Shown: piece by piece, positions 40,921 to 54,696 of the stretch
Numbering within the stretch: the stretch's first letter is position 1
Layout: every line of letters begins with the position of its first letter
From: Octopus sinensis
Lineage: Eukaryota
NCBI RefSeq assembly: GCF_006345805.1
Contig: NC_043013.1
Span: forward strand, 13,702,001-13,766,000
Length of the DNA: 64,000 bases
Reading direction: 5' to 3'
Position numbers and translations under genes: made by a program
The notes under the pieces: generated by a model
What the model was told of the DNA's origin: nothing
Database searches by the model: none
Seen by the model: the letters and a program-made list of their open reading frames with translations, nothing else

Positions 40921-41377
40921 TGAGCAGGGACTCTACCTGTGCTTGTTTTCAATGAGTCCATTACTGAGAGCATTGAGGCCTTGAAATCACGTGAAATCAC
41001 GCATAAGAAATATGCTCACGTGGTGTTCCTGTTACATGAGGATTTCATTAATTCTTGTGAGGCAATCTTCACATTTGCCTATGTGGTTTGGAGCCTCCAG
41101 TGGGCAATATGTATTACATATGACTGTATTGTGTGCTTTATGTATACAATTAGAATGGCACGTACTGAATTTGAATATGACAGTAAGGCCTTGGTTTGAG
41201 GTCATTACGGATGTATACAGCAACTCTATGGTTCTTTTCCTTCTGTCTGTTCACAGTATGATATATTTGGTACGTGTATTTCTGCATCCTCTATTTTATG
41301 GATGAGATGAGCTTCCACGAGTGCTATGCTTAGGGTTTGTTGATTGCATGAAGCAAAGTCTCTCTCTCTCCCTCTAC

Positions 41378-41413
<36 letters not shown>

Positions 41414-41600
41414 CGTACATTTTAAATAGAATTTATAACTATGTATTCCTATGTAAAACAAAGTTGATTGCTCTCTTGGGGATTTTGTTTTGTGTACAGT
41501 GGCCTTTCTCTCTGGGACACATTTGTTAGCATATGGGCCATTACAGACATGAAGTTGAAGTTTCACGTCGATGTCTGGCGAGGAGAGACATTTAGGCCAG
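40920..41600 (-). mobile_element. CR1-type LINE APE fragments
   Basis: IEDAEIHV and YCPLEAPNHIGKCEDCL are homologous to 46040-46400, and 41436-41600 matches 52280-52410. Confidence 0.8.
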
Positions 41601-42294
41601 TTTTTTTTTTTTTTTTTTTCGTTCCAAAAATCCAATCTAAAGGGTCGAAACAAACTCGAACAACACCGGGCGATACTGCTAGTTTTGTATTAAAACTTTA
41701 TTTCATTCCTTGTATATTTGTTCACAAGGCAGATGTCCTTCGGTTAAAAGTTGCCATAACTCGTATATCTGCATTCATGTGCAGGTGTGAAAGAGTATTT
41801 TTGCATAAAATAACACAGCTTCAACGAAATGTTATCAAATTACCAAATTCAGATATCATCGAAAGCTCCGCTCATTGACATACGTGGGTCAAGTTGATAT
41901 CACCACTGGTAGCATAAGTATCCATTGATGCTGACAGCAGACAACCATTGAAGAATTTCAGTCATAGATACATATACATCAAGGTCAATGTTTCTAACAC
42001 TCTGAGAACTGGGCCAATGTATCTACCCTCCACGTGAGCAAAAAAATATTAGGTGGCATGATTACCTCCCTGTAGCCTCTAGATAATATATATTTTCATG
42101 TTGCCTGCCACCGTATCAGTCAAACAAATATTATGAACTAACAAGAAAACTGCCATATGATGGTCAACCTGCAAGAAATAGCAGCCAAAACCCCTTAAAA
42201 TACACATACATGTATATATATATGCATGTTATATATAATATATATGTATGTATATTATATATGTATATATATATATATATATGTACGTATATAT

Positions 42295-42325
<31 letters not shown>

Positions 42326-42330
42326 GTATG

Positions 42331-42361
<31 letters not shown>

Positions 42362-42380
42362 ATATATATGTATGTATATA

Positions 42381-42705
42381 TATTATATAATATAATTCGA
42401 GACAAAACCACTATTTAAAACCAAACAGGAAAGACTTAATCAATACATAAAATTTTAATATAAATTAAAAATAAACCGCCACTACAAATGTTTATGTCTG
42501 CTTACCGACAATCTTCAGGTGGATTTTCGATCTTCTAATCGTATCAAATTTTGAAGTGTTATGTATTGATTAAGTCTTTCCTTGTTTGGTTTTAAAATAG
42601 TGGTTTTGTCTCGAATTATATTATATAATATTTTACTATAAAATTGGATTTAACCCTAAATCTGATTTTTCCTGTAATTTTGGATTTCATTCCCTAATAT
42701 TTATT
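42381..42705. mobile_element. Fold-back Penelope-like terminal repeat with a hammerhead-like motif in the loop (42479-42522, minus)
   Basis: Arms are 42381-42450 / 42559-42630. Minus strand CCAC-CTGAAGA-t-TGTC-loop-GACA-t-(G missing)AAAC-attt-GTA-GTGG. Confidence 0.7.
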
Positions 42706-42750
42706 ATTATATGTATATATATATATATATTATGTATTATTATATGTATG

Positions 42751-42786
<36 letters not shown>

Positions 42787-42872
42787 TGTATGTATATATA
42801 TATAAGTGTATGTATATATATATATATGTAGATATATATATATGTATGTATATATATATATATATATGTATG

Positions 42873-42903
<31 letters not shown>

Positions 42904-43315
42904 GTATGTATATATATATGTATATATATATATATATGTATATATATATGTATGTATGTATATATATATGTATATATATATATATATATGTATGTATATA
43001 ATATATGTATGTATATATATATATGGATGTATATATATATATATGTATGTATATATATTATAGTGTATATGTATATATGTATGTATATATATATGTAGAT
43101 ATATATGTATGTATATTATATATATGTATGTATATATATATATATGTATGTATAATATATATATATATATGTATGTATATATATACGTATGTATATATAT
43201 ATATGTATGTATATATATATATAATATGTATTGTATATATAATATGTATGTATATATATATATATGTATGTATATATATATATATTTGTATGTATATATA
43301 TATATTTGTATGTAT

Positions 43316-43356
<41 letters not shown>

Positions 43357-43462
43357 TATGTATGTGTATATATATATAATACATGTATGTATATATATAG
43401 ATAGTAGGTATATATATATATATGTATGTATATATATATGTATGATATATATTATATATATG

Positions 43463-43497
<35 letters not shown>

Positions 43498-43572
43498 TAT
43501 ATAATATGATATATATATATATGTATGTATATATATATTGTAAGTATATAATAATATATATATATATATAAT

Positions 43573-43606
<34 letters not shown>

Positions 43607-43620
43607 ATTATTATATGTAT
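42706..43620. repeat. Long degenerate (TA)n/(TATG)n array
   Basis: Directly visible. Similar arrays lie at 42205-42390, 48976-49570, 49800-50075, 51120-51778 and 54443-54697. Confidence 0.97.
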
Positions 43621-43871
43621 CACTTAGGAAAAATATAGAAAGTATCGTTAAATTGTTTGCATGTACGAAAATCGGAAACTCTAATTCTTTTTGTTTACAA
43701 AATACGATTAAGGAATATAAAAGGTCTATCTTATCTATCTATCTTCCTTTCTTATAAAAAAGGAATCACGTAAGTATTCTCTCAGCCGGTAAGGTAAGGA
43801 AGATATTATTTATTTATTATCATTAGTGTTCTTTTCAAGCAGAAGATAATAATAAAAATAAAAAAAGATAT

Positions 43872-44280
43872 AGGCGCAGAGGAGTGGCTGTGTGGTAAGT
43901 AGCTTGCTAACCAAACACATGGTTCCGGGGTCAGTCCCACTGCGTGGCATCTTGGGCAGTGTCTTCTGCTATAGCCCGGGCCGGCCGACCAATGCCTTGT
44001 GAGTGGATTTGGAGACGGAAACTGAAAGAAGCCTGTCGCGTATATATGTATATATATATATGTGTTTGTTTGTGTGTCTGTGTTTGTTCCCCTAGCATGC
44101 TTGACAACCGATGCTGGTGTGTTTATGTCCCCGTCACTTAGCGGTTCGGCAAAAAAGAGACCGATAGAATAAGTACTGGGCTTACAAAGAATAAGTCTCG
44201 GGGTCGAGTTGCTCGATTAAAGGCGGTGTGCTCCAGCATGGCCGGCAGTCAAATGAATGAATGAAACAAGTAAAAGAGAA
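43872..44280 (+). mobile_element. Full-length tRNA-derived SINE
   Basis: Head ggcgcagaggagtggctgtgtggtaagtagcttgc...ggttccggggtcagtccc (A/B-box-like), internal (TA)(TG) tract and tail ctccagcatggcc...gaaacaagtaaaaga. Confidence 0.9.
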
Positions 44281-45050
44281 AAAAAAAAAATAAAAATACG
44301 CGCTATTCTATCTTTATAATTTGTCCTCCGTATTCACCACACTCTCTCCTTCTCTTTCTTGCATTTCTATTTCTATCTCTCTCATACATTTTTATTATTT
44401 ATTATCATTAGTGTTCTTTCAACTAGAAGATAATAATTAAAAAAAGATATAAAAATACGCGCTATTCTATCTTTATAATTTGTCCTCCGTATTTACACAC
44501 ACTATCTCCTTCTCTTTCTTACATTTTATTCCACCTCTCTCATACAGTTTATACCTTATCTGTCTCTCCATCCACCCAGACTCTCTATTTCCGCTCTCAC
44601 TCTCCCCTCCTCCCTCTCTCTCCCTCTACCATCGTTTCTCTTTCTGCATCTCTCTCAGATCAACTTTCTCACATCTCACCCACACCTCTCAGTTCCTCAA
44701 ACTTCACTCATTCTCTCTTGTATCTATATACCGCCCCTTTCTCTCTCTCTGTTATCCCCCTCCCTCTCTCTGCCTCTTTCCTCTCCGCTCCTTCACAGGT
44801 CAAACCCCTTTTCCTCTTCCCCTTCTGTCCCCTTATTTCTTTCTCTACACCACCCTCCCTGTCCCTTTACTACACTCTCTTGCACCTCTGTTGCGCCCCC
44901 TCTTTATTTTCTCTCTTTCTCTCTTCTCTCAGGACAATCCCCTCGTCTCTCTCTCTATCCCCCCCTGGCTTTTCTCCTTTCTCTTCTCCCTCTCCATCTT
45001 ATCTTTCCTTCTCTATCTCTCTCTCTGTTCCTATATTTCACTAGACGAAA

Positions 45051-45948
45051 ATGGCAAGAAACTGGTCTGCGAGAGAGGTGCAATTGTTCGTCCGCGCTTG
45101 GTAGATTGCTGAAGACGACTCGCCGAACAATATTATTGCAGCGGCGCTGAAAAGCAACAATTTTTCGAGAACCACCGCCCAGATAGAGCGAAAGAAGCGA
45201 GAATTTATCCGTTCGTACGCTCTAATCAGGCAACATGTAGACACCCTGGACATCATCCTAGGAGGTGACGGCACCAGGGAAGGCCAAAAGGATGAAGGAA
45301 AACATCCAGGACCAAACGGAGAAACCTAGAACACAGGGAAACAATGACACATGTCCAGCTCCCAACACCACAACTGAAGACCAAAGAGGTGCGATGGCCG
45401 CAAGAAAAGAAAAGCACCCTAAAATTGATGGGAAACAGGAGGTAAAAGGCGACAAAATCAAAATCAAAGCTAAAAGAAACCCTGTCCAGAGAAAACAAAA
45501 GGACCCCAGCAAGAACTATAAGGGCAAAGAAAGAAACATCTGCAAATTCTACCTGAGGGGGGACTGCTGGTACGGCGTCGAAGGTGCAAACTGTCGCTTT
45601 GCACATCGGAGGCCCTACCAAAACCGCACGGACGCGAGACAGAGGTCCCTCCCTCAGGGAGAACAAAAAGAAAAAGTTAAAAGAAGGGAAAAAAGCGCAC
45701 TGACCACTACTGAAAGACGGTATGCAGATGTGGTGCGCGGAAACCCAACAGGTGGCCAGGTTCACCCAGACGTGAGAAGGGCGGCAGCTGAACAGCAATC
45801 TTTTTTGTGCATGGCACAAAAAATTGTTCAGCAGCTGACCTGGCTACAAGCACAAAGCTGGAACTACCACCACATAAGGCCACCTCCAACGGATGCAGGA
45901 TGGCCACCACAGACACCAACACACACACCACAAAAATATTTCTACTGA
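45051..45948 (+). pseudogene. LINE ORF1: N-terminal Myb/SANT-like region plus CCCH zinc finger (one stop, one frameshift)
   Basis: MARNWSAREVQLFVRAW*...IAAALKSNNFSRTTAQIERKKREFIRSY, then CKFYLRGDCWYGVEGANCRFAH at 45541-45606. Confidence 0.7.
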
Positions 45949-48899
45949 ATGTAGGAGGGCTGCTGCGCGGAAACTGTAAAAAGAAAATTTCATTCCTGAG
46001 AGACCTTGTGACATGCAATCAAGCTATATGCATGGCACTCACAGAAACGCATCTTGAACCCGATATAGGTGATGCAGAAATACACATGCCGCAATATGCA
46101 GTCATACGCACAGATAGAAAAGGGAGGAGCCATGGTGGAGTTGCAATGTACATCCGAGATGACCTCACGCCCCACGTCCTGCTGTCATATTCAAACTCAG
46201 TATGTGAAACTCAAATTGTACACATAAGGCAACTGAATATCGTCATATGCACTACATATCGCCCACCAGATGCCCCAAAACACTCAGGCATGTTTGAAGA
46301 CTGCCTAACAAAAATAGGAGAAGTCCTCACCAACCTTGAACAGCACAACAGTGTATTCTTCATGGGTGACTTTAACCTCCCCAATGTGGAATGGCCTGGG
46401 GGGCAGATGCTCCCAGGGATGACACACCATCAGCAGACACAGGTGGAGTCCCTGCTCCATCTCACAAATGCCTCTTTCATGGAGCAAATAGTTCTGCAAC
46501 CAACAAGGGCAGATAATATACTGGATCTCTGCTTCACTAACAATATGGATATTATCCATAATGTTAATGTGATGCCGACAATGATCTCGGATCACAACAT
46601 AATAGAGCTGTCTATGTATGGAAGAAAAGCCCCCGTAGACACACAGCCTATACGAAGCACCCACCATCTCTCCAACTTAAACTTTCATAAAGCCAACTGG
46701 AAGTTGATTGAGAAAGAGATCCTCAAACAGGATTGGCCTGAATGTCTCTCCACACCGGACATAAACATGAAACACAAACACTTCATGTCCATAATACAAG
46801 CCATATGTGACAAATATGTCCCAGTGTGCAGGGCCAGCACACACAAGAACAAAAACAGGATCCCTAGAGAAAGGAGGATTCTTATGAGACGACGGACAAG
46901 GATTGCAAACCGCCTGAGCAAGCACACCAAAAGTGGTGAGAAGTCTCGGCTCGACAGAATGCTACTGGAAACTGAGAAAAGTCTACATCACTCCCATGAA
47001 AAGGAGAGAGCAGATAAAGAAGCTTGGGTAACAGAAAATATAAAATCAAACCCTAAAGCTTTCTTTAAGTTTGCCAAAGAGACAGCCACAGTGCACCAGG
47101 GAATAGGACCTCTCTTCCAAAAAGATGGCTCTCTCACAGGAAATCCCACGAGGATAAGTGAAATACTGAACGAACAGTTCCCAAGTGTGTTCACTACACC
47201 TCTAGGACACAGGCAAGTAAACAACCCAGAAGAATTCTTTGCCACTTTACCTGCGGCCAAAGAGACAAAAATTGAGTACATCAACATCGAAGCTGATGAT
47301 ATCACACGAGCCATAGATGAGATTGACACAAATCAGCTGCTGGACCTGATGGATTCCCAGCGATCCTTCTCAAATCGTGCAAACGAGCCCTTGCAAAACC
47401 GCTACAGCTTCTTTTCCAGAGCTTTCTTGCAAGTGGTAAGCTCCCAGTCAAATTGAAAGAGGGGTTAAATGCCCTATCCATAGGGGAGGTAGCAGAGCAG
47501 ATGCTAAAAATTATAGGCCTATCTCTCTGACCTCACACATCAGCAAAGTCATGGAACGAATAGTCCGTAAGAAACTAATCATGTTCCTTGAAGAAAATGA
47601 CTTGCTGTCTGACACCCAGCATGGATTTCGACCAGGTAGAGGCTGCCTAACACAGCTCCTGCAACACTATGACTGGGTGTTGAAACAGCTACAATGGCTC
47701 AAATGTGGATGTAATATATCTCGACTTTGCAAAAGCCTTTGATAAAGTCGACCATGGTATGATCTGTCACAAAACTGCGTGGTCTCGGCATAGGCGGGAA
47801 ACTTGGAGAGTGGCTGCACAACTTCCTAAAAGACAGAAAACAGGCAGTTGTGAGCAATGGAGCCCCTCCAAGGAAACGCAAATAACAAGCGGTGTCCCAC
47901 AGGGCACTGTCTTGGGGCCACTGATGTTCATAGTGGCCCTTTCAGACATGCCTTCAGTTGCTACGATGACCACCCTTGCTAGCTATGCAGATGACACAAA
48001 AGTCTCCCACGCAATACAAACCCTGAAAATATTGCGCATCTGCAACATGAGCTGGACACAATATACAGGTGGGCTGAGGACAACAACATGCAGTTTAATG
48101 CAGGTAAGTTCCAGGCCCTGCGCTACTGGCACACAAAGGTAAATGACGTGAAGACTGGATACACTGGCCCAGGAAGAATTGCAATCCCTGAGTCAAAATC
48201 AGTGCGTGACCTGGGCATTGACATGAGCAATGATGCATCTTTCCAAATGCATATTGCTAATCTGGTGATAAAATGCAGCCGTCTAGCTGGATGGATTCTC
48301 CGAACCTTCAGAACAAGAGAGAAGGAGACACTGATGGTCCTATGGAAAACATTCGTCCTCAGCCGCTTGGACTACTGCTCCCAACTTTGGTCACCACACA
48401 ATATAAAACTAACAACAGAACTCGAAGCAATTCAGAGAAACACACAAAGAAAATCGTCTCAATGCAAAATATCAGCTACTGGGAAAGACTGAAGGTATTA
48501 AACCTCTTCTCCCTAGAGCGTGGGCGGGAGAGATATGCGGTGATATACATCTGGAAAATCCTGGAGGGTCTTGTCCCAAACTTTGGCATTCAAAGTTACT
48601 CCAACCGCAGAACGGGGCGCCACTGCATGGTGCCAAGGATTCCAACATCACCATCAAAATACAGGTCCAGATACTGCAACAGCTTGGGTTTCAGAGGACC
48701 ACAGCTCTTTAACATCCTCCCTAAATGCCTGAGAGACACACATGGTGTGGATGTGGGTTTCTTTAAAACTAAACTGGATCTCTTCTTGTCGAGAATCCCA
48801 GATGAGCCTACCTCACGACAGGAGACGCGGATGCGGGCATCAGCATCGAACTCCCTTGTTGATCAAGTGCCACGTATCAGAGGTGGATTCACAAATTAG
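45900..48899 (+). pseudogene. LINE ORF2: APE endonuclease + reverse transcriptase, several frameshifts
   Basis: LTETHL, YRPP, MGDFNLP, LDLCF, SDHN, YLDFAKAFDKVDH, GVPQGTVLGP, YADDTK, LDYCSQLWSP. Confidence 0.95.
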
Positions 48900-49191
48900 T
48901 GTAGCTCATTCAGCGGTGGTGCCCCAGCATGGCCGCGGCCTTCGGGCTAAAACATTTTTAAGGATTTAAGGATTTATATATTATTTATATGTATGTATAT
49001 ATATATATATATATATGTATGTATATATATATATATGTATGTATATATATATATGTGTATGTATATATATATATATTGTATGTATAATATGTATGTATAT
49101 ATATAAATGTATGTTATATATATATGTATGTATATATATATATGTATGTAAATATATATATATATATGTATGTGTGTATATATATGTATGT

Positions 49192-49245
<54 letters not shown>

Positions 49246-49341
49246 ATGTATGTATATATATAATATATGTATCTATATATATATATATACATATGTATGT
49301 ATATATATATATATGTATGTATATATATATATATATAATGC

Positions 49342-49379
<38 letters not shown>

Positions 49380-49524
49380 GTATATAATATGTATATATAT
49401 ATATGTATATATATATGTATATATTATGTATATATATAATGTAATATATATATGTATATATATATATATATGTATGTATATATATATATGTATGTATATA
49501 TGTATATATGTATGTATACATATG

Positions 49525-49568
<44 letters not shown>

Positions 49569-49609
49569 ATAAGATATAGATAAGAAAGTTTGTTTGGTAA
49601 GCACGTGAG

Positions 49610-49807
49610 TGAATATAAGAAAATAGTAAGAGTGAAAAACGACAGAAGGCTTAAATGTGAAAAAATATATATATTTGCGTCAAAATGTCTGGAGAATATT
49701 GGAAAAAATTTTTTTCCTTTCCTTAAATGCATAATTTTATAATTTTTAAGAATACCGGTTTCGCAGTTAGCTCTTCAAATTTCTTGTGACTTAATGTTAT
49801 ACATACA

Positions 49808-49845
<38 letters not shown>

Positions 49846-49951
49846 CATATATATACATACATTTATATATATCATATATACATATATATACATTATATAC
49901 ATATATACATATATATATATATACATACTATATATATATACATACATTTAA

Positions 49952-50005
<54 letters not shown>

Positions 50006-50350
50006 CATACATATATAATATACATACATATATATATATATACATACATATATATATACATATATATAATATATAAAATCCTTAATCCTTAAAAATGTTT
50101 AGCCCGAAGGCCCGCGCCATGCTGGGGGCACCACCGCTGAATGAGCTACACTATTAAAAATAAACATTAAGTCACAAGAAATTTGAAGAGCTAACTGCGA
50201 AACCGGTATTTCTTTAAAAATTATAAAATTTGTCATTTTAAAGAAAGGAAAAAAATTTTTCCAATATTCTCCAGACATTTTGACGCAAATATATATTTTT
50301 TTAACATTTAAGCCTTCTGTCGTTTTTTTCACTCTTTACTATGTTCTTAT
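49610..50350. repeat. Inverted repeat (49610-49797 / 50162-50350) with a hammerhead-like motif in each arm
   Basis: AAGAAA-t-tTGAAGA-GC-taact-GC-GAAA-CCGG-TA-TTTCTT at 50176-50214(+) and 49748-49785(-). The spacer holds a microsatellite and a CR1 3' tip (50077-50152, minus). Confidence 0.8.
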
Positions 50351-50361
50351 ATATATATACT

Positions 50362-50630
50362 CTCTTTACTCTTTTACTCTGTTACTTGTTTCAGTCATTT
50401 GATGCGCGCCATGCTGAGCAACACGCCTTTAGTCGAGCAAATCGACCCCGGGACTTATTCTCTTTGTAAGCCCAGTACTTATTCTATCGATCTCTTTTGC
50501 CGAACCGCTAAGTGACGGGGACGTAAACACACCAGCATCGGTTGTCAGCAATGCTAGGGGACAAACATAGACACACAATCACACCACCATTATATATATA
50601 TATATACGACAGGCTTCTTTCAGTTTCCGT
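50362..50630 (-). mobile_element. SINE, partial
   Basis: Reverse-complement homolog of 43872-44280. Confidence 0.88.
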
Positions 50631-50714
50631 CATATATATTATATATATGTATGTATATATATATTATATATATATATATATTTATGTATATATATATATA
50701 CGTATGTATATATA

Positions 50715-51120
50715 CTCTTTACTCTTTACTCTTTTACTTGTTTCAGTCATTTGACTGCGGCCATGCTGAAGTACCGCCTTTTTGTCGAGGAAATCGACCC
50801 CAGGACTTATTCTTTGTAAGCCTAGTACTTATCCTATCGTCTCTAAGTAACGGGGATGTAAACACACCAGCATCGGTTGTCAAGCGATGTTGGGGAGACA
50901 AACACAGATACACAAACGCACACACACACATATATATATATATACACATTTATATACGACGGGCGTCTTTCAGTTTCCGTCTACCAAATCCACTCACAAG
51001 GCTTTGGTTGGCCCGAGGCTATAGCAGAAGACACTTGCCCAAGGTGCCACGCAGTGGGACTGAACCCTTACCATGTGGTTGGTAAGCAAGCTACTTACCA
51101 CACAGCCACTCCTGCGCCTA
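50715..51120 (-). mobile_element. Full-length SINE
   Basis: Ends ...accacacagccactcctgcgcc, the reverse complement of the SINE head. Confidence 0.9.
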
Positions 51121-51779
51121 TATATATATGTATGTATATATATATATGTATGTATATATATATATGTATGTATATATATATATATATATGTATGTATATA
51201 TATATATATGTATGTATATATATATGTATGTATGTATATATATTATATATGTATGTATATATATATATATGTATGTATATATATATATGTATGTATATAT
51301 ATAATATATATATATGTTGTATATATATATATCTATATGTATGTTATATATATGTATGTATAATGTATGTATATATTATATATATGTATGTATATATATA
51401 TATGTATATATATATATATGTATGTATATATATATATATATGTAATATAATTATATAGTTTGTAATATATATATATGTATGTATATATATATAGATTTGT
51501 AATATATATATATGTATGTATATATATATTATATGTATGTATATATATAATATATGTATATATATATGTATATATATATATATATATATAGATGTAATAT
51601 ATAGATGTATGCATATATATATATATGTATTTGATTGATTGATTGATTGTTTGATGTATGTATATATATATATATATGTATATATATATAGTATGTATAT
51701 ATATATGTATGTATATAATATATATATATGTATGTATATATATATGTATGTATATATATATCTATATGTATATATATAA

Positions 51780-54443
51780 GGCAAATTGATGTTGTTGGTG
51801 TGTGCTACATACCGCCCTCCAGATGCCCCAAGCCATGTGGGCAAGTTGAAGACTGCCTTATAAAATAGAAGAAGTTCTAATCACATTAGAACAACACATA
51901 ATGTACTTCTTATGGGAGACTTCAATCTACCAATGTCAGATGGCCCGAGGGCCTTTCTCTCCCCGGGAATGACAAGATGTGAACGAGGCACAGGCGAGTC
52001 CCTCCTGAACCTCATCAACAACTGTACATGGAGCAGGTAATACTCCAACCAACCAGGGCATGTACACACTGGATCTCTGCTTCACAAATGACATGGATCT
52101 CATCCATAACGTGAAAGTGACACCGACACTACTCTCGGATCACAACATGGTAGAGCTGACCATGTACGGGCCAAAAGAGAGCACGGACATGCAGCCTACG
52201 AACCCTCAGAATCTTTCCAGCTTGAACTACCATAAGGCCAACCTGGAAACAAATTGAGAAGAGATCCTCAAACAAAACTGGCCTGAATGTCTCTCCTCGC
52301 CAGACATCGACGTGAAACTTCAACAATTCATGTCTGTAATGCAAGCCATATGCAACAATGCGTCCCAGAGAGAAAGGCCACTTTACACAAGAACAAAATC
52401 CCCAGAGAGAGGAAAATTTTAATGAGACGGCGTACACAAAATTTCAATCGCCTAAACAACAGATTGAAAGCAGTGAAAAGTCCCGCCTAAAAATAAAACT
52501 GTTGGAAATCGAAAAATGTCTGTAACTCTCCCATGAAAAAGAAGAGCAGACAAAGAAGCCTGGGCTATAGACAACATAAAATCTAACCCCACAGCTTTCT
52601 ACAGTATGCCAAAGAAACAGCTACGGTGCCTGTAAATAGGGCCACTCCTTGAAAAGGATGGCACACTCACAGGAAAACCAATGAGGGTAAGTGAAATACT
52701 GAATGAGCAATTCAAGAGTGTTTTCACTCCACCCTTGGGCATCTCCAAATCACCAATCCAACTGACTTCTTTACCACTGCAGATATAAAATCAGAGGTGG
52801 CGACGATAGACTACTCGATATAAAGGAAGACGATGTAATCAAGGCTATAGATGAAATGAAAACAGACTCAGCTGCTGGCCCCGATGGATTCCCGTCCCGG
52901 CATCCTCCTAAAACATGTAGAGAGTCCCTAGCAAGACCACTGCAGTTCCTCTTTCAGAGCTTCCTGCAGCTGGCAAACTTCCAAGAAAACTGAAGGAAGG
53001 GTAAATATGCCCCATTCATAAAGAGGTAGCAGCGGAGGCCAAGACTACAGACCTATCTCTCTGACCTCACACATCAGCAGGTCATGGAACGAATAGTCAG
53101 AAGGAAACTGATCACCTTCCTTGAAGAGAATGATCTGCTGCCCGACAACCCAACATGGTTCGACCAGGAGAAGCTGTTTAACTCAGCTCCTACAACACTA
53201 TGACTGGGTGCTGAAACGGCTGCTCAGCCACTCAAATGTGGAAGTGATATATCTCGACTGTGCCAAAGCCTTTGATAAAGTCGATCATGGAATGATATGT
53301 CAGAACCTGCGTGATCTCAACATAGTTGGAAAACTGGGAGAATGGCTTCATGAGTTTCTGAAAGATAGAAGTCAGGTGGTAGTAGCCACTTCCATTAACA
53401 CGCAAATAGTGAGCGGTGTTCCGCAAGGCACTGTTCTGGGACCACTACTGTTCATAATGGCCCTCTCAGACATGCCCTCAGCCACGCAGAGAGCCACGAT
53501 CACAAGTTATGCAGATGATACAAAAGTTTCACAGGCAATACAAAACCCTGAGGACACTAAACGCCTGCAATTTGAGCTGGACAAAATATACAAGTGGGCT
53601 GAAAAGAATAGCATGCAGTTCAATGCTGAAAAGTTTCAAGCTTTATACTATCAGTGCGTGATACCAATCAGTGCGTGACCTGGGTATTCACATGAGTGAT
53701 GACGCGACCTTTCATGTACATGTTGCTAAATTGGCAATGAAATGTAGACGGCTGGCTGGCTGGATTCTTAGAACCTTTAGAACAAGAGAACAAGAAACCA
53801 TGATGGTCCTCTGGAAGACACTTGTCCTAAGCCACTTTGACTATTGCTCTCAGCTATGGTCACCATCTAGTGTCAAGTTGATCACAGAACTTGAGGCGAT
53901 CCAACGAAGCTACACGAAGAAGATAGCCTCTGTGCAGCATATGACTACTGGGAAAGACTCAAGAGATTAAAGCTCTATTCTCTGGAGCGTAGGCGAGAAG
54001 ATATGCCATAGTATATATCTGGAAGATCCTGGAAGGACTTGTCCCGACTTTGGCATCGAGAGTCACACAATGCCAGAACCGGACGCCACTGCGTAGTACC
54101 AAGGACTCCAAATTTGCAATCAGATGTAGGACAAGATATTGTGATAGCCTGGGCTTCAGAGGCCCACAGCTCTTCAATATCCTCCCGAAGAACCTGAGGG
54201 ACCTGCATGGTGTAGATGCGGATTGTCTTTAAAGTAGGACTGGATCTCTTCCTGTCAGGTGTCCTGGATGAACCAACTTCACGGCAGAGGTGCAGATGAG
54301 GCAGCTGCAACGAACTCTCTCATGCATTAGATGGCGTTTTGCTAAAAAGCATCCGTGAGGTAAATCGTGTAGCAAACCAAATGGCGTGCCCCAGCATGGC
54401 CAGCTCATTAGCTGAAACTGGAAAATCAAATGAAAATCAAATC
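51780..54443 (+). mobile_element. CR1-type LINE, second subfamily, 5' truncated
   Basis: YRPP, GDFNL, YLDCAKAFDKVDH, GVPQGTVLGP, YADDTK. Tail ccccagcatggcc...gaaaatcaaat repeats into (TA)n. Confidence 0.95.
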
Positions 54444-54559
54444 ATATATATATATATATGTATGTATATATATATATGTATATATTATAATATGTATGTA
54501 TATATATATGTATGTATATATATATGTATATGTATGTATATATATATATATTATATATA

Positions 54560-54592
<33 letters not shown>

Positions 54593-54696
54593 TATGTTTG
54601 TATATATATATATGTATGTAATATATATATATCATTATATATATTTATATGTATGTATATATATATATGTATGTAATATATATATATATATATATA

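Larger units (their letters stand above)
44395..48975 (+). mobile_element. Near full-length CR1-type LINE (pyrimidine-rich 5' region, ORF1, ORF2, 3' tail)
   Basis: APE and RT motifs as listed for ORF2 below. The 3' end is ccccagcatggccgc...(aaggattt)2, running into (TA)n. The 5' boundary is uncertain. Confidence 0.92.

Noticed and set aside
44480-45112. 210-aa L/S/P/F-rich ORF
   Set aside because: Translation of a polypyrimidine tract. The same holds for 36094-36883.
42210-51844. Many long Y/I/M/C/H-rich ORFs, up to 297 aa
   Set aside because: Translations of (TA)n/(TATG)n microsatellites, not genes. The same applies to similar ORFs at 3049-3442, 20732-21896, 23832-24489 and 34264-36392.
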